A DNA stretch of 62,101 nucleotides, counting the filler, from Hausera hauseri (taxonomy: Eukaryota), in NCBI GenBank assembly GCA_046269625.1. It is 12 parts of 12 records of this genome, joined end to end, with 100 filler letters (N's around TTAATTAATTAA, not from the genome) between each part and the next. Parts side by side here need not be neighbours in the genome. Positions count along the whole stretch, not along the records: positions 48,391 to 53,470 come from JBJURY010342157.1; positions 53,571 to 57,639 come from JBJURY010782313.1; positions 57,740 to 62,101 come from JBJURY010617331.1; 9 more parts are not named here. One strand, written 5' to 3'. The position numbers and the translations under genes were made by a program. Shown piece after piece: positions 50,011 to 62,101 of the stretch (position 1 is the stretch's first letter; each line of letters opens with the position of its first letter). The notes beneath the pieces were generated by a model. That model was not told where the DNA came from. It saw only the letters and a list, made by a program, of their open reading frames with translations, and did not search any database.

Positions 50011-52958
50011 TCGGACGTCATATCTTGCATTATGTGGTAGGAAAAGAAATTGGAGACAAGAAAGAGAAAAAGGGAAAATAAATAACTCAGTTGTATTTCG
50101 GGGACTGAGTGAACTTTTCCTTCATTCTAGTATATTCTAGCTTATTCGAGTACGGAAAAGCTAGACACTGAACTGAGTTCTCATGCTTCTCACGTGGACC
50201 AACCGGTGAACACGGAAGCCATTTTTGGGCTGGCGCAATGAGTTAAGAAAGCAGTTTGTTTCGAGAACACCGACCGGACAGGTCGACAGTACAGAAAGCA
50301 GTTGGTTTGAAAACTTTGACCAGACCGGTCAATGCTGCAACTCTGTAGTAATTTTGAAAGGCAAGTCGTTTCGACAAGCAGTAGATTCTTGTTGAGTGTC
50401 AAACAAGAAGAGTCTCTTGGTGTGAGACTGATCTGATAATACAGTTGTATTTCACCTGATCTACGAAGCCTCTGTTAGATTTTCAAGAATTTCTGAGTCA
50501 TCAGTTTGATGCAACGTTATGGTTTTAAACGGGAAATCTACATAATAACAGCAGAAATGGTCGTGAGTATATGTGTAACAAGATAACGCTATAAATTGTT
50601 TAATGATATGCTATGCAAGCATTCATCCGTGACCTCAATGAACCGGTCATGTTTTGTCAACGTGTGTAAAGATTCGTTACGCTCAGGCTTGTTATGAGCG
50701 AAACTAGCCTATCTGAGACCAGATTTGGGTCAGATTCTTCAGTAAACTAGCGCTGTATGTGAAATGTTTTGATTACTTAGCAGCTGAGAGAAGAGAATAT
50801 ATTGCTGAATTTTGTAATAGTTCAAGGTCTTAATTTTGCAGAGAATTGCTCAGCTATTATGATTTTGAAAAAGGAATTGAAGAAGAAATAAATTGTGTGG
50901 TGTAATGTCAAGGTCCTTGTTGAAAAGGGACTCATGTTTTGATTGTGCAAGGCGAGGTGCACACAATTCAAGTAATGCTACGAATTGTCTAGAGCAGCTG
51001 TCAATGAGTTACATGTTTACCAAGAAGTATTTATGAGATTGTCAGAAGTATTTATTCAGCCTTATGATTTGAAGTACGGCGTTTGTCAACAGTTCCAGTT
51101 TTGCTTGTTATAACAATACGCTCCAGTTCCCAGATTTAGCAGCTGTTACTTGTGTTCGTCAATTATGTTATGGTGAAGCCAACGTTATGAAAGTCTGATA
51201 TTTATCAAGAGATAACGAGTCTAAGATATCAGTTCAATTGCTTCCAGTCCTCTTTGTCCATCTTGTCGTTATGTCAGCAAAGAATAGATTGTTCGAGTTC
51301 CTGTTCCAGTTCGAGTTCGTGGTCGTTTGAAGCTGTTCCAGATGTTCCTTACTGTCTACGTACTTCCAGAGTTCGGGCCAACTGGTGGTCTGAATAGAAT
51401 CCGGCTCCAGTCCTGTGTATCCTGTTGAAGACTTACTTGCAGTCTACAATCTGTTCCAAAGTATCCTGTTCCAGTGTGTGTGTTGAAGAAGATTATGACT
51501 CTCGCGACAGTATGAATCACTGTTTCGAGTACGGAATTGGTTATTGACTGAATCGTATTGAATAGTCTGAACAAAGAACTGAATTGTTGAGTCGACTGTG
51601 TTGAAGTTATATGAACATAATAAGTCAAGAGGAAGGAAGAAGACTTACAGTGAAAAATAGGTAACTGCATGTTAGTTTTGTTAATGTGATGTCTATCTGT
51701 CTGTCTCCTATTGTTATATGATCTTTTTAAGTGAGTTGAGCAATTTGTTATTAAATTAGATAATTATATATGATTTCTTGTCAAGTTCCTCCTGTGTGGA
51801 GTTTGAAGTGTTCACTTGTTACGTGGTTGAGGCCTGTGAGTTAGGACAAGCTTACATAGGACCCTGGGCGGCCTTAACAGTCATCCTGAGTTGGATCGTC
51901 ACAACGGGAGTTTACGAAGTACAAGGATCACGATAGCCAAAAGTGCATGTCACCGGTGTTAGTGTGACATTAGTCCGAACCGATTGGTGAGTTCGGCCAC
52001 TATAGATAATTACGATCATATCCGGCCATCCACATCAGTGGAGTGATAGTAGTAGTTCAGCAACAGCAGTGGTTAGTACCACCCGTGAGTATGGGTGTGT
52101 ACTTTGTGTGCTGCAGATAATGATGAAAAAGTAATAAGCTCGCATACGAATAAATAAGAAGAATCCCACACCCTCCTTCAATCTTACGAAGACTATTCTT
52201 AACAGAAAATACACTAGTCACATGCGGATGACCCACTGACCCTGCAGCCGCCGACCTCATCACCCTCGGAAAACAACTTTATCAAGGATTATAATTAAAA
52301 TAAAAACACAAAACAAAAATATGCAAGAGTTATCTGCCCCTTAAAAACATTTCCAAAAAGTTATCTCCCGCTTACCCCGATGCCCTCCCCCCACAGGAGG
52401 AGGGAATATTTTCTTCATTAAGGTATATTCCTCTTCATCCCTCCTCCAGAAATGATAATCGTTTTGCGGGTCATACACTACTCATTTGTTATAGGGCAAC
52501 AATACCTGATTACGTCTGCAACCAACAGCTGGGCTCCCAAATGCAATGAGATTGGTTTCTCTCTCTCGCCTCAGGCTGAACGACGTGTGTATCTCCTGAA
52601 CAGTATAAACACGTTGGCGATTTTAGAGTTTGGAGAATAATGGCCTAGACTGGCTGTATATCGGAACTCACAAACGTCCGAGTTCAACCTTCCTAGGGAC
52701 AAGTACCTCTGGCCGTACAGCACTCTGGCTACTAGGCTCTTAGCCATCGGTCACTCTGGCTGTTTCTATTGCTGCAGCTCAGAAGACTGATTGGGCGTAA
52801 TTTGATTTGTTAGTTTTTTATTTCCCTTTCCTTGTTACAGGTATTATCTCTACTTCATTCCATTCTTCTGGGAGGATTCCCTATTTCCATGATTCATTGA
52901 AGAGTTCTAGTCGTCTGGCTTTCCCATGAGGTCCTAGACTCAATATCAGTTGATCTTT

Positions 52959-52993
52959 ATGTGTGTGTGTGTGCGTGTGTGTGTGTGTGTGTG
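52959..52993 (+). repeat. (TG)n microsatellite
   Basis: About 17 TG units with one CG interruption. Confidence 0.95.
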
Positions 52994-54536
52994 AAAATGT
53001 TGACACTCCGACTAAACTAAATGTTCTAGTGTATCAAGACAAGACAAATTCTAGACAACCCAACCGTTACGTAATGGCGCCCTTGCTGATTCAATGGTGC
53101 CATGCTGAATCTTCTTGCACCTGAGCAGGAAAAGCTTTCATTGTCTGGTATTACTTGTGGGTCTAGACATTTGTGTCCTTCCTGTAAGGCCAATGGGCCT
53201 AAGAGGAAAGATATAAACCCATACTAGTGGTTGAGATTTGATCTAGCAAGAACCGAGACTCATAAAAACTATTACAAAATCCTCTCTCCAAAGCTAATCG
53301 CATGTATGGATTGGCGTCAGTGTTGTTCTGAATAAGAGAATGGAGAGGGAAACTCGAGGCCCGTGACCAAACAGTAAACAAACAAACAAATACGGGTATG
53401 AACAAGGCACTCGATAAGAACAAACCAGACAACAGAAAAAAACAGAGAGGAAATTGGTCAACCCGGGAATNNNNNNNNNNNNNNNNNNNNNNNNNNNNNN
53501 NNNNNNNNNNNNNNTTAATTAATTAANNNNNNNNNNNNNNNNNNNNNNNNNNNNNNNNNNNNNNNNNNNNAATGTGTATTCAACAGACAACCGCTAACAT
53601 CACCAATTCATTGTCCCAATTAATTCTTACTGACCAGTCACAAAAATTCTATATCATTGCCATTCATCTTATTAATGGCAAACTGACTGTCAATATTAGC
53701 TATAGCGATTCTATATTTGACATTAATCATGAACTACTCGATAACACTAGTGTAATTATTACTATCCCTCCTTTGGAATTATTGTCTTTTACAATTTCTT
53801 CTTTAAACAACTGTATATATGCTGTGAAAGTAATCTAACCAAGACGTATATGTATACGCGCAATAAGGACTATAAGTAACCAACACATATACCCAAGCCG
53901 CTCTGACCAATAAGTGATTACACTTCAACACCAGAAGGGTTATCTTTATCCGATTTAGAACCTCTATTCACCTTCGTATCCTATAATTACGTCACCATTT
54001 AACCCAATTCGACAACTATTAACTAAACCATCACTGATATATCTATACTAGACTATAAAGGTGAAATTTTATTACAGAAACAAATGTAACCCAGACATAA
54101 AGTTATCGATTGGAGAGCACCCTTTGCAGGCATATCAGACGATCTGACCCTAAATAAAATCGATAACGAAGACTTCTTACCCCTTCTACAAGATATGCTG
54201 AAGCATAAATTCATTATAAAAACACAGCTAGATCTATTCTTATGCTCACTGAAACTACCTGCCACTCATACCATTGGTTTCTTCGATCTTGGCCGTCATC
54301 CTATCGCTGAAAACTTCTCGACAGCCCTAGTACTCATAATTCGTTTAAGTGAAAAATTACTACATACCACCATCGTTCCTACGTATACTTCACCATTAAT
54401 ACAAGCCCACTTACTTAGACAATTGTATAACCACCTGTCGAACTCATTGTATATTGAAGACACCGATAATTGTATAAATCTTAGTACAATTGAATTAAAT
54501 CTCCATTAATTTTACTTATTTTCAGATTTCCCAGAT

Positions 54537-55610
54537 TGTATGGAATGCCGAGTAAACCTCAATGTAGTATACAGACTTACGCCGTGCTTTCATATGCTAT
54601 GTTTATATTGTACAGATTGAGCCCGATTCCATGTCAGTCAAATGCCTTATTACCCAATTTGTAAATATAAAATTAAATATTGCATCCAGCATAATGACAT
54701 CCACCTGAAGCTGACCAATCCCTACTTGATTTTAAAACATTCGAAATTATCGAACCTACTGACCACATTACATATTACTATACCTTGGATGTGTCAACCC
54801 CTTTTTCTATCCCATATTTCCAACTTCATACTTGTTGTCTACGCCACAAACCCATTAAAACAACATACCAATTTAGCTGCTGTAATGCCGAATATTTCTC
54901 CCATTGCTACCAAATGGAATCTCACCATCGATAACGGATTTGTAACATATGTTATTTTCGTCCTCAATTCATATATTCTTATTTCCGCCAACCTCGAAGA
55001 GCCCTTCTTACTATTGCTAACACGACAATTCTCCAGTTACTGCCAACAAGATATTTTCGACTGGAATAACAATAGTCAGCTAGAAATGAATTTTCAATCC
55101 ATCGTTTTAGCCCATCCGAAATAGTTACACCACCACCAATTACATACAAATTACTTTTACCTCGTATAAAAGTCACGTCTCTTCTACGATAACCATCCTC
55201 GATACTGCATCCACGTTATCATCCTGAACAGATTATTAGACCATTACCTTCATTACCAATACCTACACCTTCAATAACGCCTATACCTAATATATCTCCT
55301 AGTCGTCCACTACCGTCATCATTACAACAAGATTGGTTCCCAGTCTTAAATAGATGCCCAATCGATCTTATTTTTGACCTAGCCTCGCCTGACCTTTGGG
55401 CATCACTGCAAATCTTTTTCTACGATCAGCTCCCAACATATGAGTGTATTATAGGCCTTACCGAACGTATAACTGTGGTCCAATTTCAATGCAACCATAA
55501 TTTATGCGCAACGTGTTTTAATAAACTTCGTTTCCAATTCCTTCAATCAATCGACCCAAACGATGCACTTCGAATTACCTTCCAGAACGGCATCTCATAT
55601 CCATACTGCC
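54537..55610 (+). pseudogene. Decayed ORF(s) with two RING-HC (C3HC4)-like fingers
   Basis: CMEC..(12)..CFHMLCLYC...YPIC at 54537-54662; CIIG...CNHNLCATC...YPYC at 55445-55609; stops and lost ligands. Confidence 0.65.
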
Positions 55611-55754
55611 ATCAACCATCAGTTTATTATCATTTCTCTTATACATACGACAACCGTACCCACCTATTATGCCACTGGATCAACCCAGTGAACGATACGA
55701 CATTAACAATGGGACCCAGAAACCTCAGCTTTATTGATGTCAGTACGCAGTGAT

Positions 55755-55800
55755 CCGGAGGACCGAATCCTTTTTCAAAGGGGGAGAAATGTTAGGGTTC
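55755..55800 (+). mobile_element. Gypsy-type polypurine tract and start of 3' LTR (TG at 55790)
   Basis: GAGGAC...TTTTTC AAAGGGGGAGAAA TGTTAGG, the typical Ty3/gypsy pre-LTR arrangement. Confidence 0.75.
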
Positions 55801-58117
55801 GTTGTTTAAAATAACAAAACCTGAACCCCAAAAGATGAACCCCGAAAGAATTTAATTCATTTACAACAAAATTCAGTTACAAAAACTTTGACTTTTAATT
55901 TTTTTTTCTGCTTTGCCGAACGTCGTGACTTCTCAAACATTATAAACTATGACAGTGTGAATATTGATGTTATAATTTATAAACCTTTGTATATAATTCT
56001 GTCTCCTTGCATTATTGTTAAACCCATGATGGGTGTTCTTTCCGTATCTGTTTTGTGTACAAGTATTGTTAACCAAAACGGCTAACTAATAATTAACAAC
56101 GTAAATTAGAAAATTAGATCACTAAACGGAATAACATAAATTACCACCACATATATATTACCACAACTTGCAGAACATCAGGAGGATACAATGAAAATGG
56201 GTGAAACATGTGAGTATGAACAATTGACTGATTATACATTTGTAATACTCAAAATAAAATATATGAAAGAGGTACGAAGAATTAAATTATGGAAAATAGA
56301 GTTATGTTTACCAAAGTAAAAAACTCCTTAAGAAATATGGAAAATAATAATAATTTTATGAGAGGAGATTAGAAAGGAACAATATTTTTAAATGATTAAT
56401 TAGCAATAATTGAAAAATCCAAAAATCTGACTAATTTTTAAATGACAAATTTGGAAAATTCAGAAAATCTATGATCAATATGATCACTTGGAATTGTCAC
56501 TTGAACAACACATACTATTTTAGAAATCCATTCAGAATATGCGTTTAGTCATAGGAAATTACATGCCTAACATCTGAGTACGAGCTAGAAGACATATTGG
56601 TTGGAATTTTGGAAATTCCAAAATTCCAGAAAAAAACGCTATAAATATCGCCTATTCACTCACAAAAATTAATACTCACACACACAGTTCAACTCTTAAC
56701 TTCTAACACTGACAAATTCAGACAGTTGCAATCAGCAGTGTACTGAATGATATCGAGAATTCTATTAACCAGACACTATCGATTACTCTAAAATAGAGAA
56801 TCTGTATACGAGAACAACTAACGAAAGAAATTAATATCCGGAGAATAATTCCATAATCTGTTATCACAAAGTACATACGTTAGTTTGTCCAAAATTGACT
56901 GAAATTATTCATTTGTTAACTCGTGAATTTCTTCGAAAATATCACTATGAATCCAGCTAGAAATGAAGACATTTACGGAAATGAACAAGAGCAAAATTGT
57001 ATGATTTTTATTAATATAATAAATGCCGTAAATAAAATGTACATTATTTTGTGAATAAAAATTTTGATTTTTAAATGAGAAACTTTATTTCCGAATTGAG
57101 AAAGATATTTAGATACCCCACGACTCAGCGATAATTGACATTCTTTTAGAGCATGACAAATGAAATTAGACCGAATTATGTCAGTACCAATAGAGTGAAA
57201 CAGCGAGGATGCATTCAGTCAATTCAGTACGAGATGCTAGTTCAAACCGGTAATCAATTGCATATTATTCATTGACTACAAGGAAATGTGATAAGCATCC
57301 TGAAAACAACCTAGACGAGGAATCGTAATTTACAGTTACCCAAATAGCTAAATTTAATCTGTCATGAACTATTAGTTCATTTTTGTTCACTTATTTGGTG
57401 ACCATGATTAACAAAAATTTATCTTTAAAAGTTATATTAGTGTAATATACGGTCTCTAGTTGACTGAATTTGATAAAAAATATATTAACGAGGTTTAGTA
57501 GAAGTGCCTGACTAGAAAGAAGATAATAACATGAGAGTCATCAATCATCAAACAATATCTTAAGAGTCAATACTACTTGAAGAGAGATTTGTTGTAACAA
57601 GAATATATCGACGACTGAGTGAAATAAAGAATTTAATGTNNNNNNNNNNNNNNNNNNNNNNNNNNNNNNNNNNNNNNNNNNNNTTAATTAATTAANNNNN
57701 NNNNNNNNNNNNNNNNNNNNNNNNNNNNNNNNNNNNNNNTTATTCCATGAAAATGTACTATATAGATACAAAATCAATATTTCGAATTAAGCAAAATGTG
57801 CATTTAAAGCCCAGTGTAGCGGAAATCGATAAATCTAATAGCGGGACGGGATAGGAAGTCATGTATGTTGAATCGGAATATGATGTTAGATATTCAAAAT
57901 CGAGCTTTGAAGTCGAATACTTAGCTATTCGAACTCGAATATTCGGTCAAGCATGCATTATTCGAAGAATCAAATGAAATCATTCGATTCCCATGGTCGA
58001 AAACCTTAAATTTAGCGCCGCCATGTATTTAATTGATGCATTAAAACCAATCGATAAGCGAGGCAGTACATGGTGCTATGGCAATATATTTCATTATTTC
58101 CAAAATCACTTCAAAGA

Positions 58118-61100
58118 ATGGTGAGTTTTTTAATTGTGCTCCTCAAAATAATTGGTTGATTTTTAGATGTTCAAACTTTACAGCGAATGTTTGGCTCAAA
58201 TCCATGAGCCCGAAAATTGCTACAGTATTATGAAGAAGTACTTTAGCCATGTATACAACAGGGTTCAGTATTATATATGCCCTACATATGAGATAGTGTG
58301 CCAAACCAATTATGAAGACTTTTACAATGTCCATAAAGAGAACTTGATTTCTTCACCTAGTCAAAAAACAAAATATTCAGTACCAATATGCCAATAATTA
58401 CTTTCGTGCCAAAGGAAAATCAAAGATACTGTTCATATGTGTATTGCACATGTTCAATACACAACCCTCAGAATTGCCACAGTGCCATGAGAAACTATTA
58501 TGGTCACAACGTCAATAGGAATTTCTGTTATATTTTCCTAGAATTTGCGACTGAATGTGATGGAGAACACATACAGTTTTATGAAGATCACAAACACCAT
58601 TTGAATGATTTCACATAAAAGTCAAAGACGATCATCTTTAACAAACATATGGCAGTTGCACAGCCTGCAGTACAACCAAATGCAGGAATAAAACGCCCAT
58701 CAGGCGCAGCAGCACCAGACGCATCAGACGCACCGGCTCCGCCAAAAAGCCAAAGACAGCGGCCAGTTGATGCGTCAGCATTAAAGAGGAAATGCCGCAA
58801 ATATGTCATTGAGGCAGCTGGTCAAACAATCATCAAGGGGTTCCTGAAATATGCAAAGGAAAAAACAGAGAGGATTCTTTAGGACAATGTGATTGAACTC
58901 AAAGCCCTTAAAGTCAATATAAAACTGGAGGCCACATACGTCAATGTTGATGGCGAAGAGTCCAAAAGGGCTTTCAAGACTAAAAATAAACCCATATCGG
59001 AAAACACCAATATAGTGGAATAGCTTAATGAAGAACATTGGAAGCTGATCCGTGAAGACGACGAGAGCCAAAATAAGAAGATTGGATGGATTCTGTCAAT
59101 CATCAAGAGACTGATTGTGTATGTGCACAAGTACTCTCCAATGAGGAGCAATTCCTATATACAGCTTCCGGAATGGATCGCTAATAAAAAGGCGTGTGTC
59201 AATGTCCTTAATGATGACAACAAGTGTTTCATGTATGCCATTTTATGTAAACTCGTACGGGATCAAAAACATGTAGCAGATCGAGTTTGGCTGTATAATG
59301 ATCTGCAGTACAACTATGACTTCCAATGTATTAAGTTCTCGCCATCCATAGATGAAGTCAAAAAATTCGGGCGACTGAACAACATGTCCATCAACATTAT
59401 TGGATTGGATGATGAGGACAAATTCTATCCCCTGCAGATATATGATGCTGAATTGGAAGATCATAGGGATCTGCTCCTCCTAGATGATTGTGAAAAGAGG
59501 CATTTCATCTGGATAAAGAACTTTCAACGTCTAATCAGATCACAAATTACGAAACATAAAGAAAGAATCGAAATATGTAAACGATGCTTGTCCAATTTTT
59601 GGCGGTGATATTACAATGGATAAGCTTGCAGAGCACAAGATGTACTGCAACACAATTATTGTATCAGACCAGAATTTTCCAAGGAGGACTACACTGAATT
59701 CAAGAAGTTTGAGAAGAAGATCAAGGTCCAAATATTTATCTATTGAGACTATGAAGCGATCCTGCGTCTAGTTCACAGCTGCACTCCCAGTCATTAAAGT
59801 AGCAGCACAACGGCATACCAATATCATGAACTCCCATCGTATTACATCTATGCTAAAGGACTGGACAGTAAACCACATCTATTCAGAGGTCCAGGTGCAG
59901 AAGAACATTTTGTGAAACGACTTGAAGACATGGCTCATAAGCTTGAAAACATGCTTCAGCAGCAGAAGGATCATATGAGCATGTCGTGGAAACAAGAAGA
60001 AGAATGGTGCAAGGCAACATCATGTTACTTGTGCGACAAGTCCTTCACCAAGGAAAATTAAAAAGTCAATGATCACTGCCATTTTACAGGTGCATATCGA
60101 GGGGCTGCATGCAACAATAGCAATCTGCGTTGCAAAACATGTACATATGTGCCTGTACTGTTCCATAACCTTAGTGGCTATGGTTCCAATTTCATTGTTC
60201 GGGAACTGGGAAACATTGATGGTAATATATATGCAATCCCAAACAATGAGGAGATGTATATCACATTTACGAAGCATATTGGTAAAATCCGATCTTGCTT
60301 CATAGACAGCTTTCGTTTCATGTTGTCTTTACTGGATAGTTTAGTGAAGAACCTCCCTGCAGAAGAACTCAAGAAGACGAGGCGGTTCTTTCCCACTGCA
60401 TTTGACCTCGTCAAGGGCAAAGACGTGTTTCCCTATGACTACATAACTTCATTGGAAACAGTGGATGAGACCTCATTGCCGGCCAAGAATGACTTTTGCA
60501 TTATCCTCTCTGATTGCGATATCAACGATGCTGACTACCAGCATGCTCAAAACGTCTGGCATGCATTTCAATGCAAGACAATAGGGGAATACAGTGATAT
60601 TTACCTCAAGACTGACGTGCTGCTGCTGACAGATGTCTTTGAGAGTTTCAGGGATGTTACAGGGAAGAGCCATGCTTTGTATACAGCTTATTTCCTTACG
60701 GCTCAAGGGATGAGTTAAGCAGCAATGCTGCGCTATACTGGTATTAGGCTGCAGATCATTAAGGATTATGATATGATCCTTATGATCGAGAGAGGCATTA
60801 GAGACGGAATATACCAGGCCATTCACCGGAATAGTGAGGCCAACAACAAGTATACGGCCGAATACGACCAAACAAAGGTATCCTCATATATTGGCAATGA
60901 GCGCCCCATTGCCATAGGATAACTTTAAATGGGTCGAGCATCCTGAAAACATCCCTATACTGGACCTGGATCCTACTTGAGATACGAGATGCATACTGGA
61001 GGTGCATATGGAATATCCGGTTTCTATCCACGCAAGGCATCAACAGCTGCCTTTCCTCCCTGAGCGCAAGCCTCCGCCTCATTGAAAGCATAGAAAGTTG

Positions 61101-62052
61101 CTTTGTCATCTGGATAATAGGGAGAGGTATGTAGTAACTACATCAATCTCCAGCAGGCAGTTAGACATAGACTTCGTATTACTAAGATCCATAGAGCCCT
61201 GCAGTTTAACCACTCCATGTAGCTGCAGTCATGCATAGATCTCAAAACGAAGCTGCGGACTAATGCCAAGAACGATTTTGACAAAAACCAATTCAAACTA
61301 TATAACAACAGCGTTTTTGGCAAGACCATGGAGAATATCCGCAACAGAATCAACTTTGAGCTAGTATGTGACTGGAAGCGAGGAAAGAAGCTCATTGCCA
61401 AGCCTAACTTCCATAGTAGCACCATATATACTGAGAACTTGGTAGGCATCCATATGCTGCAAACAGCATTGGTATTCAACAAGCCCATATATGTGGATAT
61501 GGCAATCCTCGACTTGTCAAAGACCCTAATGTATAATTTCCACTACGGCATCATGGTCGCCACATTCAAGTCCATGCAGCTGATTATATGGATACTGATA
61601 GTTTCATCTATCAGATCCATACATATGATATTTATAAGGACTTTGCACAATTGGCCGTACATATGGATACCTCGGACTATCCAAAGGAATATCCCGACTA
61701 TTAAATTGCCAACAAAAGGTTCCTTGGGAAATTCGAGGTTAATGGAGCAATAATCTAGAGGTTTGTAGCTCTTGAATCCAAAATATGTGCTCTAGACGTA
61801 TGTGGCCAGATCAAAAGGAGAGCCAAGGGCGTTCAAAGGTCTACATTGGCCAAGAAGATCAGTTTTGAGGACTATGTGAGAGTTCTGCAGGAGCAGACTC
61901 ACATCATATAGGAAATGAGAAGGATCCAAGCTAGGGATCATAACATGCAAACAGTAACACTGCATAAGAAAAGCCTAGATTGAATGGATGATAAGAGGCA
62001 GATACTGAGCGATGGAATCCATACACTACCTCACGGACATGTAGCATTGTAA
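58118..62052 (+). mobile_element. Near full-length but pseudogenised protein-primed PolB gene (Polinton/adintovirus-like), relic 3
   Basis: SYIQLPEWIANKKACVNVLNDDNKCF, DHCHFTGAYRGAACN, FHNLSGY, VFPYDY, YLKTDVLLLTDVFE, KLYNNSVFGKTMEN, YMDTDSF, DDKR..L.DGIHTLPHGH then stop; motif A (DxNNLY) deleted near 60890. Confidence 0.95.
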
Positions 62053-62101
62053 ATATTGTTATTCATTGTTTTTCTTTGTTTACTAAATCTTGTATAGAAA
62101 C

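Noticed and set aside
6778-57739. Regularly recurring TTAATTAATTAA as a biological repeat or CRISPR-like array
   Set aside because: Always centred in 44-N flanks; a synthetic contig joiner
1-62101. Species identification (planarian or other flatworm)
   Set aside because: Compatible with AT richness, short introns and a motile-cilia gene, but not demonstrable without a database search

Overview
This is not one locus. It is 12 short (about 4-7 kb) unplaced contigs from an AT-rich animal genome, joined by 11 artificial 100-bp linkers (44N-TTAATTAATTAA-44N), so adjacency across a linker means nothing. An ARMC4/ODAD2 fragment implies a host with motile cilia; a flatworm-like invertebrate is a guess only. 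Content is almost all repeat-derived: Tc1/mariner relics, a hAT element, five Ty3/gypsy relics plus a short gypsy RT fragment and a gypsy 3' end, three protein-primed PolB (Polinton/adintovirus-like) relics, and two simple-sequence arrays. I found no confidently intact host gene. Two things stand out. (1) A CsRn1-like gypsy family (3 copies) has Gag preceded in frame by a ~70-aa ubiquitin-like domain ending RxxGG|M, a tiny ~110-bp LTR-like unit with no tRNA primer-binding site, a doubled CHCC knuckle and a -1 frameshift cassette. (2) These copies lie within co-oriented mosaics of intronless host RNA fragments (alpha-tubulin, GCP2, AP-3 delta, Nup98-96, ARMC4, a 3' half of tRNA-Leu). All protein assignments are from motif recognition by eye, not database searches.
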